The notes below the pieces were generated by a model. That model saw nothing but the letters and a program-made list of their open reading frames with translations. It searched no databases and had not been told where the DNA came from. A stretch of DNA of 44,936 bases from Conidiobolus incongruus B7586 (taxonomy: Eukaryota). Position 1 is the stretch's first letter, and each line of letters begins with the position of its first letter. The DNA lies in assembly GCA_000697335.1 (NCBI GenBank), contig JNEM01006714.1, forward strand, positions 1-44,936. Direction: 5' to 3'. A program made the position numbers and the translations under genes. Of this stretch, positions 25,737 through 39,500 are shown piece by piece.

Positions 25737-26173
25737 AGAGCGGAAAAAATGAATTTTGGTTTTTTGGGATGCGAAGGTATTGAGCTTGAGTAGGAATAAA
25801 TTCCGGATTTTTGTTATCTATTTTCTTCCATAATAAACAAAACTATAGCAAACGAACACATATTTTTATGGTTTCATTGATTATATCAATGCTCAAATTT
25901 AACCCTTTATTCCGCAAATTCACATTGCCAATATTATGCCAACACCCATTTTAATATCAATTCCTAACAACCCTTTAATTTCAATAAGGATCAATTAAAA
26001 AATGACTATAGAATGATTTCATCATCAAAAATTGAATATTTATCAAATGTCTAATCCAGTTCCTATCATAATTTTGATTTTGTTTAAATATTGAAAACAC
26101 CATTATTAGTGATCTATAATTAAAACTGTTATTACTTGTTTAAACATATATATATATTACTATACAAAATAAA

Positions 26174-27774
26174 ATGAGTTCTTCAAGTGTTAAATTAGAT
26201 AACAATCAAAGATTAATCGTTATTTCAAACCGTTTACCTATTACTATTAAAAAGAACGAGGATGGTGGCTGGAATTACCATATGAGTTCGGGTGGTTTAG
26301 TTTCCGCATTAAGTGGGCTTAAAGACGCCATGACTTTTACTTGGATAGGATGGCCTGGTAAATAACCTTAATATATTTTATTTCACTTTTATTTATAGGT
26401 TATTAGGTTTTCAAGTGGATGCTACCAATCAACACATCATTCAGCAGGAATTAAAAGAGAAATACTCTTGTAAAGCTGTTTTTATGGATAATGAAATTTC
26501 AGAGGGCCATTACAATGGTTTTTCTAATAGGTAAATACCATTTATTTATTATTTTGATTGACAATTCATTAATTTTATTACAGTATTCTGTGGCCTCTAT
26601 TCCACTATCACCCTGCGGAAATCACCTTCAATTTAGATGTATGGAAAGCATACCAAAAGGCCAACGAAATATTTGCTGACGCTGTGTTAGAAGAAATTAA
26701 GGAGGATGACTTGATTTGGGTTCATGACTATCATTTAATGTTATTACCACAAATGTTAAGAAAGAAGATGGGTGACCGTTTTAAGAATGTTAAAATTGGC
26801 TGGTTCCTTCATACTCCATTCCCTAGCAGCGAGATATATCGTATCTTGCCAGTCAGGAGCGAAATTTTGCAAGGTGTATTAGAATCCGACCTTCTCGGTT
26901 TCCATACATATGATTACAACAGACACTTCCTCTCATCATGTCAACATATCCTCAATGTCAAGACTGCTCCCAATGCAATTCATCTCCCCAACGGTAAAGT
27001 TGTTCAAGTTGGCATCTTCCCAATTGGTATTGATCCCCAGAAATTCATTGACGAAATGAAGAACGAGACGGTGATTCAGAGAATTAACAAACTCAAGTCC
27101 AAATTCGAAGATCAGCTGATTATCGTGGGAGTTGATCGTCTCGATTACATCAAAGGAGTTCCTCAAAAACTTCACGCCCTTGAAATCTTCTTTGAGAAGC
27201 ATCCAGAATTTATTGGCAAGGTTGTGTTGGTCCAGGTAGCTGTACCCAGTCGTAGTGACGTCGAAGAGTATCAGAATTTGGCTACTAATGTCAATGAGAT
27301 GGTTGGCCGTATTAATGGTAGATTTGGTAAGTTTAATAATAGAATAGAGAATAATTCAAAATACTCATACTCTTATTAGGAACTGTGGAATATGTTCCTA
27401 TTCATTTCCTATACAAATCAGTGAACTTCCAAGAACTTGTATCATTATATGCTATTGCTGATGCTTGTCTCGTGACTTCCACTCGTGATGGTATGAACCT
27501 TGTTTCTTACGAATTCATTTCATCTCAGCAGGAAAAGCACGGTTCTTTAATTTTAAGTGAATTTGCTGGTGCTGCGCAATCATTAGGAGGTTCTATTATC
27601 GTCAATCCTTGGGATACCGAAGAAGTCGCCGAAGCCATTTATGAAGCTGTGACTTTATCAGCACAGGAGCGTAAATCCAACCACGAGAAACTCTTCCGAT
27701 ACGTTACCAAGTATACAGCTTCCTATTGGGGTCAATCGTTTGTTCAGGAGTTGAAATCCAAATTGATTAATTAA
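26174..27774 (+). CDS. TPS1: Alpha,alpha-trehalose-phosphate synthase; exons 26174-26357, 26407-26530, 26584-27325, 27380-27774
   Basis: SNRLP, SSGGLVSAL, WIGWPG, WVHDYHL, FLHTPFP, VDRLDYIKG, RDGMNLV and LSEFAG motifs. Confidence 0.98.
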
Positions 27775-28463
27775 TTGATTTCCATCAACTATATTTCTGC
27801 TATTATTTTTTTATAACAGTTTATACTCTGTATTAAAACTATACTCTAAATTTTTCCAAATTTAACAATCATTGTTTATTTTTAAATGTTAAATTCATTT
27901 ATATTATATTTACAATTGACTGCTATATTTTATTTACACTTTTATGAATGCAACTATTCCATTACTTTTGTAAATTTTTTACCCAGCAAATATTTCTTTC
28001 TTTTTATATTGTATATTTTAATAAAATACTTATCCGAATCATATTTACAGAATAAATATAATACTATCACATCATGGCAATTATAACAAATACATTAATA
28101 GATTTGATTTTATTAATTTCAAAAATAAACATTGAAATTTATAGATTAAATTGATATGATAAAAATATAGTATCAAAAAAAATATTTTTACTGATAAATA
28201 TTAAAATGAATTTAATAAACTATTATTTAACCAATAAATCAATTAGCTAAGGTAGTTGTTTAATATATCTCAATAATTATTTATCAAACTATCATTGAAC
28301 AAAAAACTCTAAACTATTTTATTTATTTATAATATATGTAGGTTGATATATATAGATGGTTATAATATAAGATCAAATTTTAAAGATATTAAAACTAATT
28401 GTTAATATCTTAAATAATACTCTGAATATTGAGAGAGATAAGATTATCTACACATGTATGAAA

Positions 28464-29479
28464 TTATTCAGGGACGTGGGAGAATAAATATGAGACGGAC
28501 TCTCCGTTGTGGGTACGTCTGATAGCTTCGGCCAAGGTGGAGGAAATATCGATGAAATCTAATTTACTGCAAACTTGGTGTTTGTCGTCGTGAGGGATGG
28601 TATTTGTGACGACGACCTTGGTCAAAACGGATTCGTTGATAACTTTAATGGCCTTTCCGGAGAGGATACCGTGAGTGACGATGGCGTAGACACCGACAGC
28701 ACCATTGTCGACCAAAGTCTTGGCAGCTAAGCCCAAGGTACCACAGGTATCGGCCATATCGTCAACTAAGATACCAATCTTACCTTTAACATCACCGACT
28801 AAAACCATTCTGGAGACTTCGTTGGCCTTTTTACGTTCCTTGTGGATAAGGGCAAAGTCCAAGTCTAAACGGTCGGCAATGGAAGTAGCTCTCTTGGCAC
28901 CACCAGCATCGGGAGAGACGATAATAGCATTTTGCCAATCGGGAATTTTTTCCTTAATGTATTTGAGTGTAGAGGGTTCAGCGTACAAGTTGTCGACAGG
29001 GATATTGAAGAAACCTTGAATTTGGGAGGCATGAAGGTCCATAGTAATGACATGGTGAGCACCAGCGACAGTAATCATATTGGCAATCAACTTGGCGGAA
29101 ATAGGAGCACGACTCTTATCCTTCTTGTCTTGACGAGCGTAAGGGAAGCAGGGGATAACAGCAGTAATTCTTCTGGCAGAAGCGGTCTTACAGGCGTTGA
29201 TCATGATCAAGAGTTCCATAAGGTTATCGTTGATTTCACCACATCCAGATTGAACGATAAAAACATCTTCGTCACGGACGGACTCACCAATGGTAACGGA
29301 AGTTTCTTGGTTTGAGTACTTCAAAACAGTGGCTTTTCCCAAAGGGACACCTAAACGTCTTGAAAATTTTGAATATAAATTGATAAATAATACCAATTAA
29401 AATAAAATTACTGGCAAATTAACTTGGCCAACTCGGGGTGAGCGTTACCAGTAAAGATTTTAATTGAGTTAGCAGCCAT
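28464..29479 (-). CDS. PRS: Ribose-phosphate pyrophosphokinase; one intron (about 29411-29359)
   Basis: Exon 1 [22 protein letters not shown] joins [30 protein letters not shown] and [10 protein letters not shown] motifs. Confidence 0.98.
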
Positions 29480-31813
29480 GGTATTAATTATTAATGAAAT
29501 AATAAAGTATAAATTATAATAACAAAGTTATGAGTAGCTGACTCTCATTAATTTCGTTTATTGAATGCAAATTTGGTATAAACTAACTTATATAGGATGA
29601 CCCTGGGATTTACTTGTGGGATTGGATTTATGTAACATAAATGCTATTAAAATTTTTAGCATCCAATAATATTCCAACTCCATGCCATATTTATCCCTCA
29701 TATTAATTAAAATCAATAGATCATAACCATTTGTCATTGGATTACCATATGATGGTATAATTCAAATTTTATGTCAATTCTATATAAATTGATCATTAAA
29801 CTTGACATACTTCATAGTTGATGTCGTTTGATATGGAGAGAATTTTTTTATTTGATATACTGATATTGATCCACTTATAAACTAAGTCTCAAATTGGAAT
29901 CCTATCCATTTTGTGACATTGCAATTTTTTCAATTTGAAATCTTATAAAAAACATCAAATACTGTCAAAACCAATATACCAAGTAAAATATTATAACTTG
30001 GTACAAATCATAAAATAATGTTTTAAATCTAATATCTATCATACTATTATTACAACAATATTAATTAACGCTATTTAACCATTATTTGTGGTTGACTCCA
30101 GTTACCAGTTTTTATGCAATCCATTCAAATATTTAAATTATTCAATTTATTTTTTCAAATTGTCCCAACATCAATATATAAATAGGTGAAAAATTGTCTT
30201 AAATTAGAATCTAAGATTAAATTAAAAGTTGAAATAATAAAGAATATTTACTAGTGACTAGTAAATCTATTTGATTTATTATATATAATAAAACTGCCGG
30301 GATATTAAGTAATCTTCAAAATTTGGAATTATCAAATCATTTAAACTGAAATAATATTGGATTAAGCCAATGATATCGAAAATTTGATTATAACTTCATT
30401 TCTTGTCTATAAATTCTTTGTTAAATGACTAATATGATATCAAAACATTGGGAAAATTATATCAGGATTTACAATGTTGAAGGAACAATGAAGCTAAACT
30501 TCAACCTTCCAAGTTTAAATAAATAATCAACCAGTCAGTTTTCTTATATAAAATGAAAGTTTTTATATAACACCTAATAACTCCCAACACTTGATCAGTT
30601 CTGTATTCAAAAATTTCAGATTTCAGAGTTGACCCGACATTAAGTGGATTATTTATTTTTTATTTAGGAAATTCAACCAATTTTATTTATAGTCCAAAAT
30701 ATCACATATTATTCAGTTTATTAAGTTATAGAATAGGCAAAAAAAATTACAAGAATTTGATTTTTTGTATGAAGCAACACACTATGAAATTGTGATAATG
30801 GTGATATAGCATTAAAGTATTGCCAAATATCTTAATGAAATGTGAATTTCTCATTAAACCTGCCTAAAAACCAACATATTTACAACTTAATTGAATTTAT
30901 TTTTAAACCTTATCATTAATCAATTATAGTAATATTCATGTATTTTAACCATTACAATAAAATAATATGAAATAATTTAAATTATTTTTGTTAAATCATT
31001 TGAATTGAAATCATCATTTTATATTATTCAAGTTTATATTATCAATTAATCTGATATATTTTCCAATAAATTATGTCACTTCCAATTTTTAAAACTACAA
31101 AGATTATAAAACGACAGAGATGATATCGTGATACTATTTGTCATTAAATATTGGCTATATATATAATTGCAAATAATTACAAAAGATAAATTAAAAAATG
31201 GTTAATCATTCAGTATTAATCGTATTTTTACCAGGATCTTTGAATTTTGAATTGTAAATATTAAAATTGAAATTGGAATGGTTGAAAAATTATATAAATA
31301 TATCATTTCTATATTACAACCAATATGGAAATTCTAGTAATATTTAATAATTTGACTATAACTGATTCTTAAACTTATAGGTTGACAAATATATAACCAA
31401 TTTAGCTAAAAATTCAAGATTCAGTAATTAAAATTAATATTATGATCAATTTGCTTTATAATTGAATTGTTTTTATTTATCAATTATATAATATTTTGAT
31501 TACAATATGATTATTGGAGATTTATTATTCCATTAATTAACCTAGTAAATTTAATCATTTACAATTTTGAATATTATATATAATATATTAATTTCATTAA
31601 TAGTATAATATACTAAAATAATACATAGCTCAAATCTGTTTAATGAATATTTGAATACTGTTATTTCAATCCAACTCAACAATTCAATCTCCACAATATA
31701 TTATTTGAAATTTTTATTAAGATTTATAATGATGATGAATATGATAGTGGTTATACAAATCAATGGTTTAAAAATAATTAAAATATTTTGGTAAGGTTAT
31801 ATGGGGATGAATT

Positions 31814-33446
31814 TTAACGAATATTTAAATATTTAGCTTCGGATTCGAAAATTAACATACGCCATAATTTCATAACAAATAATTCGGAATCTTGATCTAA
31901 TGCCTATTACTCAATTAGTATAACATATAAAAATAATATGTAAACAAATTTACCCCATCTAAACTATTGACCAAATCGTTGGGACCCTTTTGTGCTGCTA
32001 ATTGATCCATAATAAATTTGACGAGTTGGGGCTCAGGAACTCCTAAGTACTCTTGGATCTTCTTGTCTGTGAAACTCTTGAGCTTGGAGTAGATGCTGGA
32101 GTCCACTTGGTCCCAGCGAATCACCCATTTGAACAGAGGCTCCTTGTCAGCGGGAATGGAGTCGACAAGCGTTTTGATCTTCTTCTTCCTGCGTGCTTCG
32201 GATTCTTCCTCGGAGTCGCTGTACTCCAATGGTACGAGTTTACGTTGGGTTTTGGTGGATGATTCGTCGTCAGATTCGGGTTGATCCACAATTCCAGGAA
32301 TAACAGGAGCAGCAACGCGTTTGCGATTAGTGGATAGATTGAGTGTTAATTTGGTACTGGGTTGGGGAACTGGAGCATGATGAGGTTTAGATTCAGGCTG
32401 AGGAACTTCGTCGTTAGTATTGGTATCTGAGATAGAGCCCGTATCATCGGGACGACTTAGATCAATACGCTTGAGTCTCGCTTCAATTTCCATCTTTTCT
32501 TGAAGTCTATCCCTCTCATCCTGATCCAACTCTCTTTTGAGAATGGGCTGTCTCCTCTGCCACCATTCTGAGCGATCTTTATAGTATTCGTGAGATCCCT
32601 TCTCCATTTCGACGTCATCGTCCCAAGTTTTCATGAGTTCTTCATTGAATATCCTTCGTTCTTGTCTCTTTTCAGTGTCAGCAATATCATTAGCACGATC
32701 CTTCTCATAGGTTCTCAACTTGTCCTTTTCACGTAATTCCCAATGCTTAATACGCTCGTAATAGGCTTCGTAAAGCTCCTTAGTTTCCTTTTCCTGCTTT
32801 TTGAGGAATTGATCATCATCATCATCGCTAAGCTCCTGATCATTCTCGCCATCGTATGACGATTTAGTGTTGGAGTCCGCCATCATTCTCAATTCCGACA
32901 CCTCCTTACCAACCAAATCAGCCAAATCCTTTTCTTGCAACGCCCTAGGCTCTAAAATCGTCTTCTGAATGACTCTCTGAATTTCATCTCTAATCTGATT
33001 CTCAATATCCGCTTCATTTTCTGATGAAATCCTCGTCTTACTATACTCGTCAATCGTCTTCTTATGCTGGTTATCGATTTTAATCGTCAATTTCTTCGTA
33101 GGTACACCAATTTTGGGACTAGGTAATTCTAACTGATTCAAATACTTTAGCACCTTAAAAATACTTTCCAAATCGGAAAACTCACAAAATCCAAAGTTTT
33201 TAGATACGCCATTAATATCTTTAGGTCTTAACCAAGAGTTTAATTCACCACATATCTAAAAATAGAGTTAATATTGATAATTATAATATTTATTATAAAA
33301 TTTACTTTAAAAATTTCTTCCATAACTTCATCCGACACGAATTCGGTAATAGTTCCAATAAATAAAAATATAGGATTATTAGGTTGGAATGAACTCTGAT
33401 AAGTTGGAAAAGATGATAAATTCGGAGGTTTATAATTTTGATACAT
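31814..33446 (-). CDS. RBM25/Snu71-like U1-associated splicing factor (RRM plus PWI); exons 33446-33306, 33255-31954, 31903-31814
   Basis: RRM (LFIGTI...FGFCEF), charged E/R/D-rich middle and PWI domain (IPADKEPLFKWVIRW...KKIQEYLG...FVMKLWRMLIFE). Confidence 0.9.
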
Positions 33447-33779
33447 TTTTATTTTATTTATTTTGAATTGTTAGAATTTTCAATTGATTTACTCTCAATA
33501 TGAAGAATTTAATGACATTGTAGAGGGAATTAAATTGTGGGATAAATTCCCTTCATAATTCTGTTCATTTATAATTATATCTATTTAATTGGAGAACTAC
33601 AGTAAAATGAAATTTGTAAAATTTCGATACATTTATAGTAACAATATTCAAACTTCTGAATATGATGACAGTTTTTCCAGAATTTATTATCATATAAGTA
33701 TTTATATTTACTTAAAAGTATATATCTGACTTGAGTTTTATTCTGATTAATTAATCAATATTCAAAAATCCAACCTAAA

Positions 33780-35310
33780 ATGAGTGCTTATAAAATATTA
33801 TTCATATCAACATTCCATGGAGATATTCCAGATTATCAATTGTTAAGTTAAAAACCGATATAAAAAAGTCAGAGTACGTTGTGAATGGAATTTATTACCA
33901 TAACACATGTGCGAAATGGTGTCTCTTTAATCCACCACCGTGTCTAACTCTGAAGAAAGTTATCACAGCTTCGTTTATTATGAATGATGATTTATATTTC
34001 ATTAATGGTGATCATTCAGCTTTTGTAATTAGTTTTTTCAAACAAGCTTCTGAAAATACATATAGAAAATCGTATAAAAAGAGTTCACAATTGAAATATG
34101 AGATTGGCAGAGCTTGCGCCATTACAGTATTCAAAATTTACTAAGAGCTTGATGTATTGTCAGAAGTGAATATAATAGTCAGTGCACCCAAAAACAGTTT
34201 AATCCAGAATCAAATCATGATTTCCGAAATGAAATATTATGTGATGAATAATTATAAGAGGGATTGCGGATTCTTTCGAATTGTATTATAGTTATAGCAG
34301 CACATGTATTAATCCTAATCATTATCTGAAGTATTATATCGATAGAGGTTTCATGGGACATAGGGGTTGTTTCAATTTGTTAGAAGCTGATAATATAGTT
34401 ATTAAGCTCGATCTGAATGATGTTGCCACATCATGCCAGAACTCTTGTTCAAATTATATAATCTTTTCACTCACGATTACCAAATTATTTCACCACGGAT
34501 AAGGATATGCTCATCCCGTGGGCTGCATATCACGGCAAGTATAAGTATCAGGTGTTGCAACTTCCTGTCATGAACGACTATGAACAAGGTTGCATCCTTC
34601 ACGGTATCTACTTCAATTACAAATTTGTGAAAAGGTGCTAACACAGTACAAGCTTGACACGAAACATAAACAGCGTTATAAGTACTTTATATATTATGGA
34701 TCATAGTTTATCCTAATCTTTATGAAAAATTTACGCTACTGTACTTGACTCCGTAAAGTGGCTTAGGAGACAACATATTGTGAATTGTACAAACCGTATC
34801 CAAAGTTCAAAATTCTATTTCTAGAGCTTGTGCTGTCGCTGGATATAAGAAATTCTATGACAAGCTGGATTCCTTACCCGTAATTCATAGAGTTGTAGAA
34901 GCCTATCGATCTAATCCCTACATCTACTTCAAATTTGACATAACTCAAATTCAATACAATGTTTACAATTCTAACGTTTTCGGCACCGAAGACATTGTAG
35001 TTGATTATCAATGATTGTTCTTATATTTGAACACCACTCACAACTTACAAGATCTTTAAGATCAGGAGGTCGATTACAATGGCAATAGGGTTAGTCTCAA
35101 CAATATTTTTTAATCTTACATTCAGTCCAATATTTTTGCTTCTGGCAATGTGATTTTGTACTTGTCTCACAGGAAATTAAACTATATTAGAAGTCACCTG
35201 GAAATCAATGAGGACAAAATTTGTGAAATGGAAATTACTGATGATATAACTAATCGATGATGATCGGGATCATGATATTGAGTTGAATTTATTAGATTTA
35301 TTTCTAATAA
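33780..35310 (+). pseudogene. Disrupted gene of an uncharacterised fungal protein family with two RACA(V/I) repeats
   Basis: Coding-like island with stops and frameshifts. Repeat 1: GIYYH...YEIGRACAITVFKIY*ELDVL...YYVMNNYKR. Repeat 2: GIYFN...ISRACAVAGYKKFYDKLDSLP. Confidence 0.7.
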
Positions 35311-36521
35311 TATTAATGATTTCATTTTTTTCATTTTTGTCATTTATTATATATAATTTGAATAAAATTTGATTGGAATCTGTCACCATTCATTGGTATC
35401 CTCATATAGCCATAATGCATCATATCATTATATTTTTACTAAAATCATTAAATCACTAAAAAATAATTTCAAAAATTTATTAAAATTATTACACAAAAAA
35501 CACTTAAATATTTCTCTTAAGTACTACCAATTTATCCTGATCGTAAGTAATCCCAATTTGCATATCGTTAAAAGTAACTAAACATCCCAATTAATAATCA
35601 ACTCTACTAACTGTAAACAATGTTTACCTGATATCCTTTCAGCGTTATTCCACCCCGATTTCGTTAACAATATATTCGAAGTTTGGACTATTTTACTAAA
35701 TAATTTAGCTTGATGACTGTTGTTTAAATCACCTTGGCTCTAGTACAAAATGATTAATGTGATAAAAACATCATATTGAATTATTAATTACTTCTAAGAT
35801 TTGACCTTCGTGACTAATACAAGCTACACTTTGATAACCTGGAATATTGTTAAAATTAGATAAATCTAAATTCTAAAAAGTTTAAAATTAATTATTGGAA
35901 CTATTTATATTGAGACATATAGTTATTTATTACTGATGACATTTTATTAAGTTGAATTGAATTATATTTGATGGACCTGATAATTTAATATTAAATAATC
36001 AAAGTTGGAAGTGTAATGATTATGGGATGAAATTATTTGTACAGAATTGAATTAATTTCAAAGCTTGTTATATAGTTGATTATTATAAGGTGGTCAAATT
36101 CGATTTCACATATTAATATAGGAACTTTTTGTTCAATAAATATATATCATATCAAAGTAAATCAAACAAATATTAATATATTTTATATATACTATTGATA
36201 AATTCGTATTAGCATATGTTAAATCTTAGTCATTATCATTTACAAGTTAAAATTTAATTGATGTCATCAAATTTCAAAAGACCCACAATTTGCAAATTTG
36301 AAATTCTAGGTAATATCAATAAGTTCCATTTGGGTCCAAAAACCCCTATCATAAAACCAATTTATCCAACTTCAAAACATTATATTTTACTAAATTATAA
36401 TTTTATTTAATTATTGATTTACTTTATTATATTCAGCTATACTTTGAACTTTTTGCAATTAACAAATCGGTTCAATAATCTCCAAAATTCAATAATTAAT
36501 ATTATATAATCATATTTAAAA

Positions 36522-39500
36522 ATGGATAGTTTAACTATTAACAAAAATCAAAAATTTCAGAATCTTTATAGAATCTTATTACAAAATACTCAACCCCATT
36601 CCATTTCCAAGGATGTATTGTTACCATATTTGGATTCGTGTTTTAATAGCGTAGTCCAGTTATTTAATTATCCTAAACAGGATGCTACTACCAGGGTAAC
36701 TCCCAACACTTGTAAGTTTAATTCATGTTGATCCATGCTAAATTTGTCGGATTTTAATATTTTTTTTGATTTAGCTACGATTACTATTAATGACAAACAG
36801 TATAATATTACGGAAGGTTTCAGGAAGAGTATGGCTATTTTAAGTAATGAAATTGATATGGAAGAAATTGCTATTGCGGAATCCATGATTATATACTCTG
36901 AAGATTGTTATTCGGAATCTGAATTGGCCGATAAAGTCATGAATAATTTATGTTTGGAGCGTAAAGCTCTCCTGGATTGTTTATTACTTATTTTGGATTG
37001 TGACGAAACGTTTAAGACTAATCCCCAAATGATTACCCCTTTGAAGAAGTATGTCGACAGGCTTTTCGATCATAAGGATCCTATTTCCAAGAAGAAATTT
37101 TCCCAATTGTTGTTGGAGAGTTTGGATAGAAGTATTACTAAGAGCTGTCAGCTAGATCAATCGTCATCTTCATCTTTCCTTCGTTTGGTTTCTAGTAACG
37201 TTGTCTTACAGTGGCATATGCAGTTATCTGACGAATGCTTCCAATTTGCTCATATCCTTATGTTATCTGGAAAATGGTACCGCAAAGACAAAGATTTCAT
37301 GTCCCAATATGTCGATATCCTTAAACAAATCGAATTTAAGCACCCTGCCTTCAATTTTCTATTATTGAGTTTTATGTTCAGTATCCTTCCAACCTTTCTC
37401 AACGATCAGGCTTCTCCTAATTATGATAGACTTAAAGAACAATTACCAATCGTTGAAAAATTGTACACTTTGTTGACAGATCAGGCGGAATGGAAGGTAA
37501 AAGAAGCCAAACATTTACTCTTAATCTATTTAATCTTAGTCGTTGCTCCATGCTTAAGCGCTCAAGTTGTTTCAAGTTCTCCTATTAAAATGAGCGATTT
37601 ACCTACTTATATTGAAACTTCTATTAAAGGCAATGCTTTATCACTTTGGAAGAAGGTACTAAGTAAAGTCAGAGGTCAATATTTGATTCAAAATGAATGC
37701 AGTAGTACTATTACGCATATTATATCATCCAACATCCATTACAATGAACTTGATCACTCAATCCATAACAAATTCAGAACCTATCCACTACAAATGATCG
37801 AATTAACAGAGCACATTTCCAATCATCTCATCATCAATTTAATCACTCAGTACACACCACAACTCAGACGTATCAAGAACTTTGAAGACGATATTTCCGC
37901 TTCCATTGTTCGCAACCCTGAACTCAAAAATGTTCAATCCTCTACCTGCATCTTGGACTTTATGGATTGTATTACTCTCACATACATCAATGCCAAGAAC
38001 CTTTCAACCACTCAATTCTTCCTCCATGGTGATATGAGATTGAACCACTTTTTGACTTGGTCTTCCGACATTGGTCAGACTTCCGGACATTACTTCAACA
38101 TGCTCTCTTCCCTGATTAATAATCCAGAGAGTGTCAATCTCGTGCTGAAATTTTTATGGGCTTCTGACGATCGCCTATTTGGATCCGAAATCCCAATGTA
38201 TTATAACACATCTCAGCACTCTCTCCCCAAGCTTGACGACATGGTTGTCAAGATGGATCAGTTCATCGATGCTGCTCTTAAGACACCAACTGCAGCTCAA
38301 GTTGTCAAAGATTCCGAATGGGTACAAAGTTTTGTTAATTTAATATTCTCAATAATTTATCACGATTCTAAAGAGCGCGATATTTTCACAAAAGTTAATA
38401 TAGACTTTACCCCCAAGCTCTTAAATCTCATCTGCTCCCCAATTCCCAACCATGTCAAGGCTACTATCTTGGATTGTTTGAGAGGATTCGTCCGCTTAGC
38501 TGATGATCTTAAACCTGACCATGCTCAGCGTATTTGGAAATTGATTGAGTCATACCAACTTATTCTCCCCAATTCTCCCAAGTCTGCTACCACTTTCCCT
38601 CTTGCTGAAGAATTGCTGCATAATGAAAGAGTGATTAAGAACTATTCCGAGACAATTGCTTTGATTCGTTTATTCACTTCATTGATATATCCCGTAGCTA
38701 AAGATTCTTTTACACAGCCCCATTTCCCTACTTCCATTCCTCAAGACCTCAACGCTGAATATGGTCCCCTTGGTTACATTCAATTTGTCATCAAATTAAT
38801 CGCTCAACCAGACCATACTCGCCAATTCAACCATCCTATTGACGAATGGCTGATCAAATACGAAGGACTCAAGTTCATCGATGCCTGTTTAGAAACTTTA
38901 GACATTCGCATTGTCCAACGTATTGTGTCTCAGCCTATTCCCTTCACTCATCAACCTCAGCCCCAATCAGTCACTGAATGGAACAAACTCATCTTTAATC
39001 CAGGTTTCTTCATTCTCATCAGATTCCTCGGGGACAATCGTTTAGCAACCGTGTTTTTGGAAGGCTTCAAAGAGGGCAGTATTTTATTGGGTAATGGCGA
39101 AAATTTACTCATCCACAACCATCTCATTTTCGACCTCAAGATTTTCCAAACTCTCCTTAGATTACAACCCATCATCCAGAGAGAAGTTTTACCCAAATTG
39201 TATCACATTCCACTGAATCCTATCTTCAAGCAATACACTGAAACCAATCAAACTATTCTCGATTTGATCAGTATGCGTCAAGAAGGTTTGGGACCTTTGG
39301 CTTTCTGCTTCCAATTTGATCCAAGTCCAATCATGATGGAAATGGCATCTAAGACATTGTTATTACTCTTGAATCATCCTCAACTTTCCGTTGCTAAGTT
39401 ATCCAAAGATCGCTTGTTAACTCTCTTTGACAAGTGTCAAATGCATCCGTTGATTCAAATTGGTATCGTCAGAAGACTCGATGATTGTACTATTTATTTA

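Noticed and set aside
27886..28086. 66-aa ORF between TPS1 and PRS (also 35369-35581)
   Set aside because: AT-rich, F/I/L/Y/K-biased chance ORFs.
28705..29315. Antisense and alternate-frame ORFs over PRS (likewise over TPS1, MiaB, RBM25-like, NUP192, BIR1, SPP2 and Rad50-like)
   Set aside because: Shadow ORFs explained by codon bias of the real genes.
29539..29544. TGACTC (Gcn4/Bas1-like) upstream of PRS
   Set aside because: Single hexamer only 60 nt from the ATG; not distinguishable from chance.
30150..30900. Coding-like scraps here and at about 41500-42500 (e.g. LNQCPNY)
   Set aside because: Probably decayed genes, but no family can be supported by eye.
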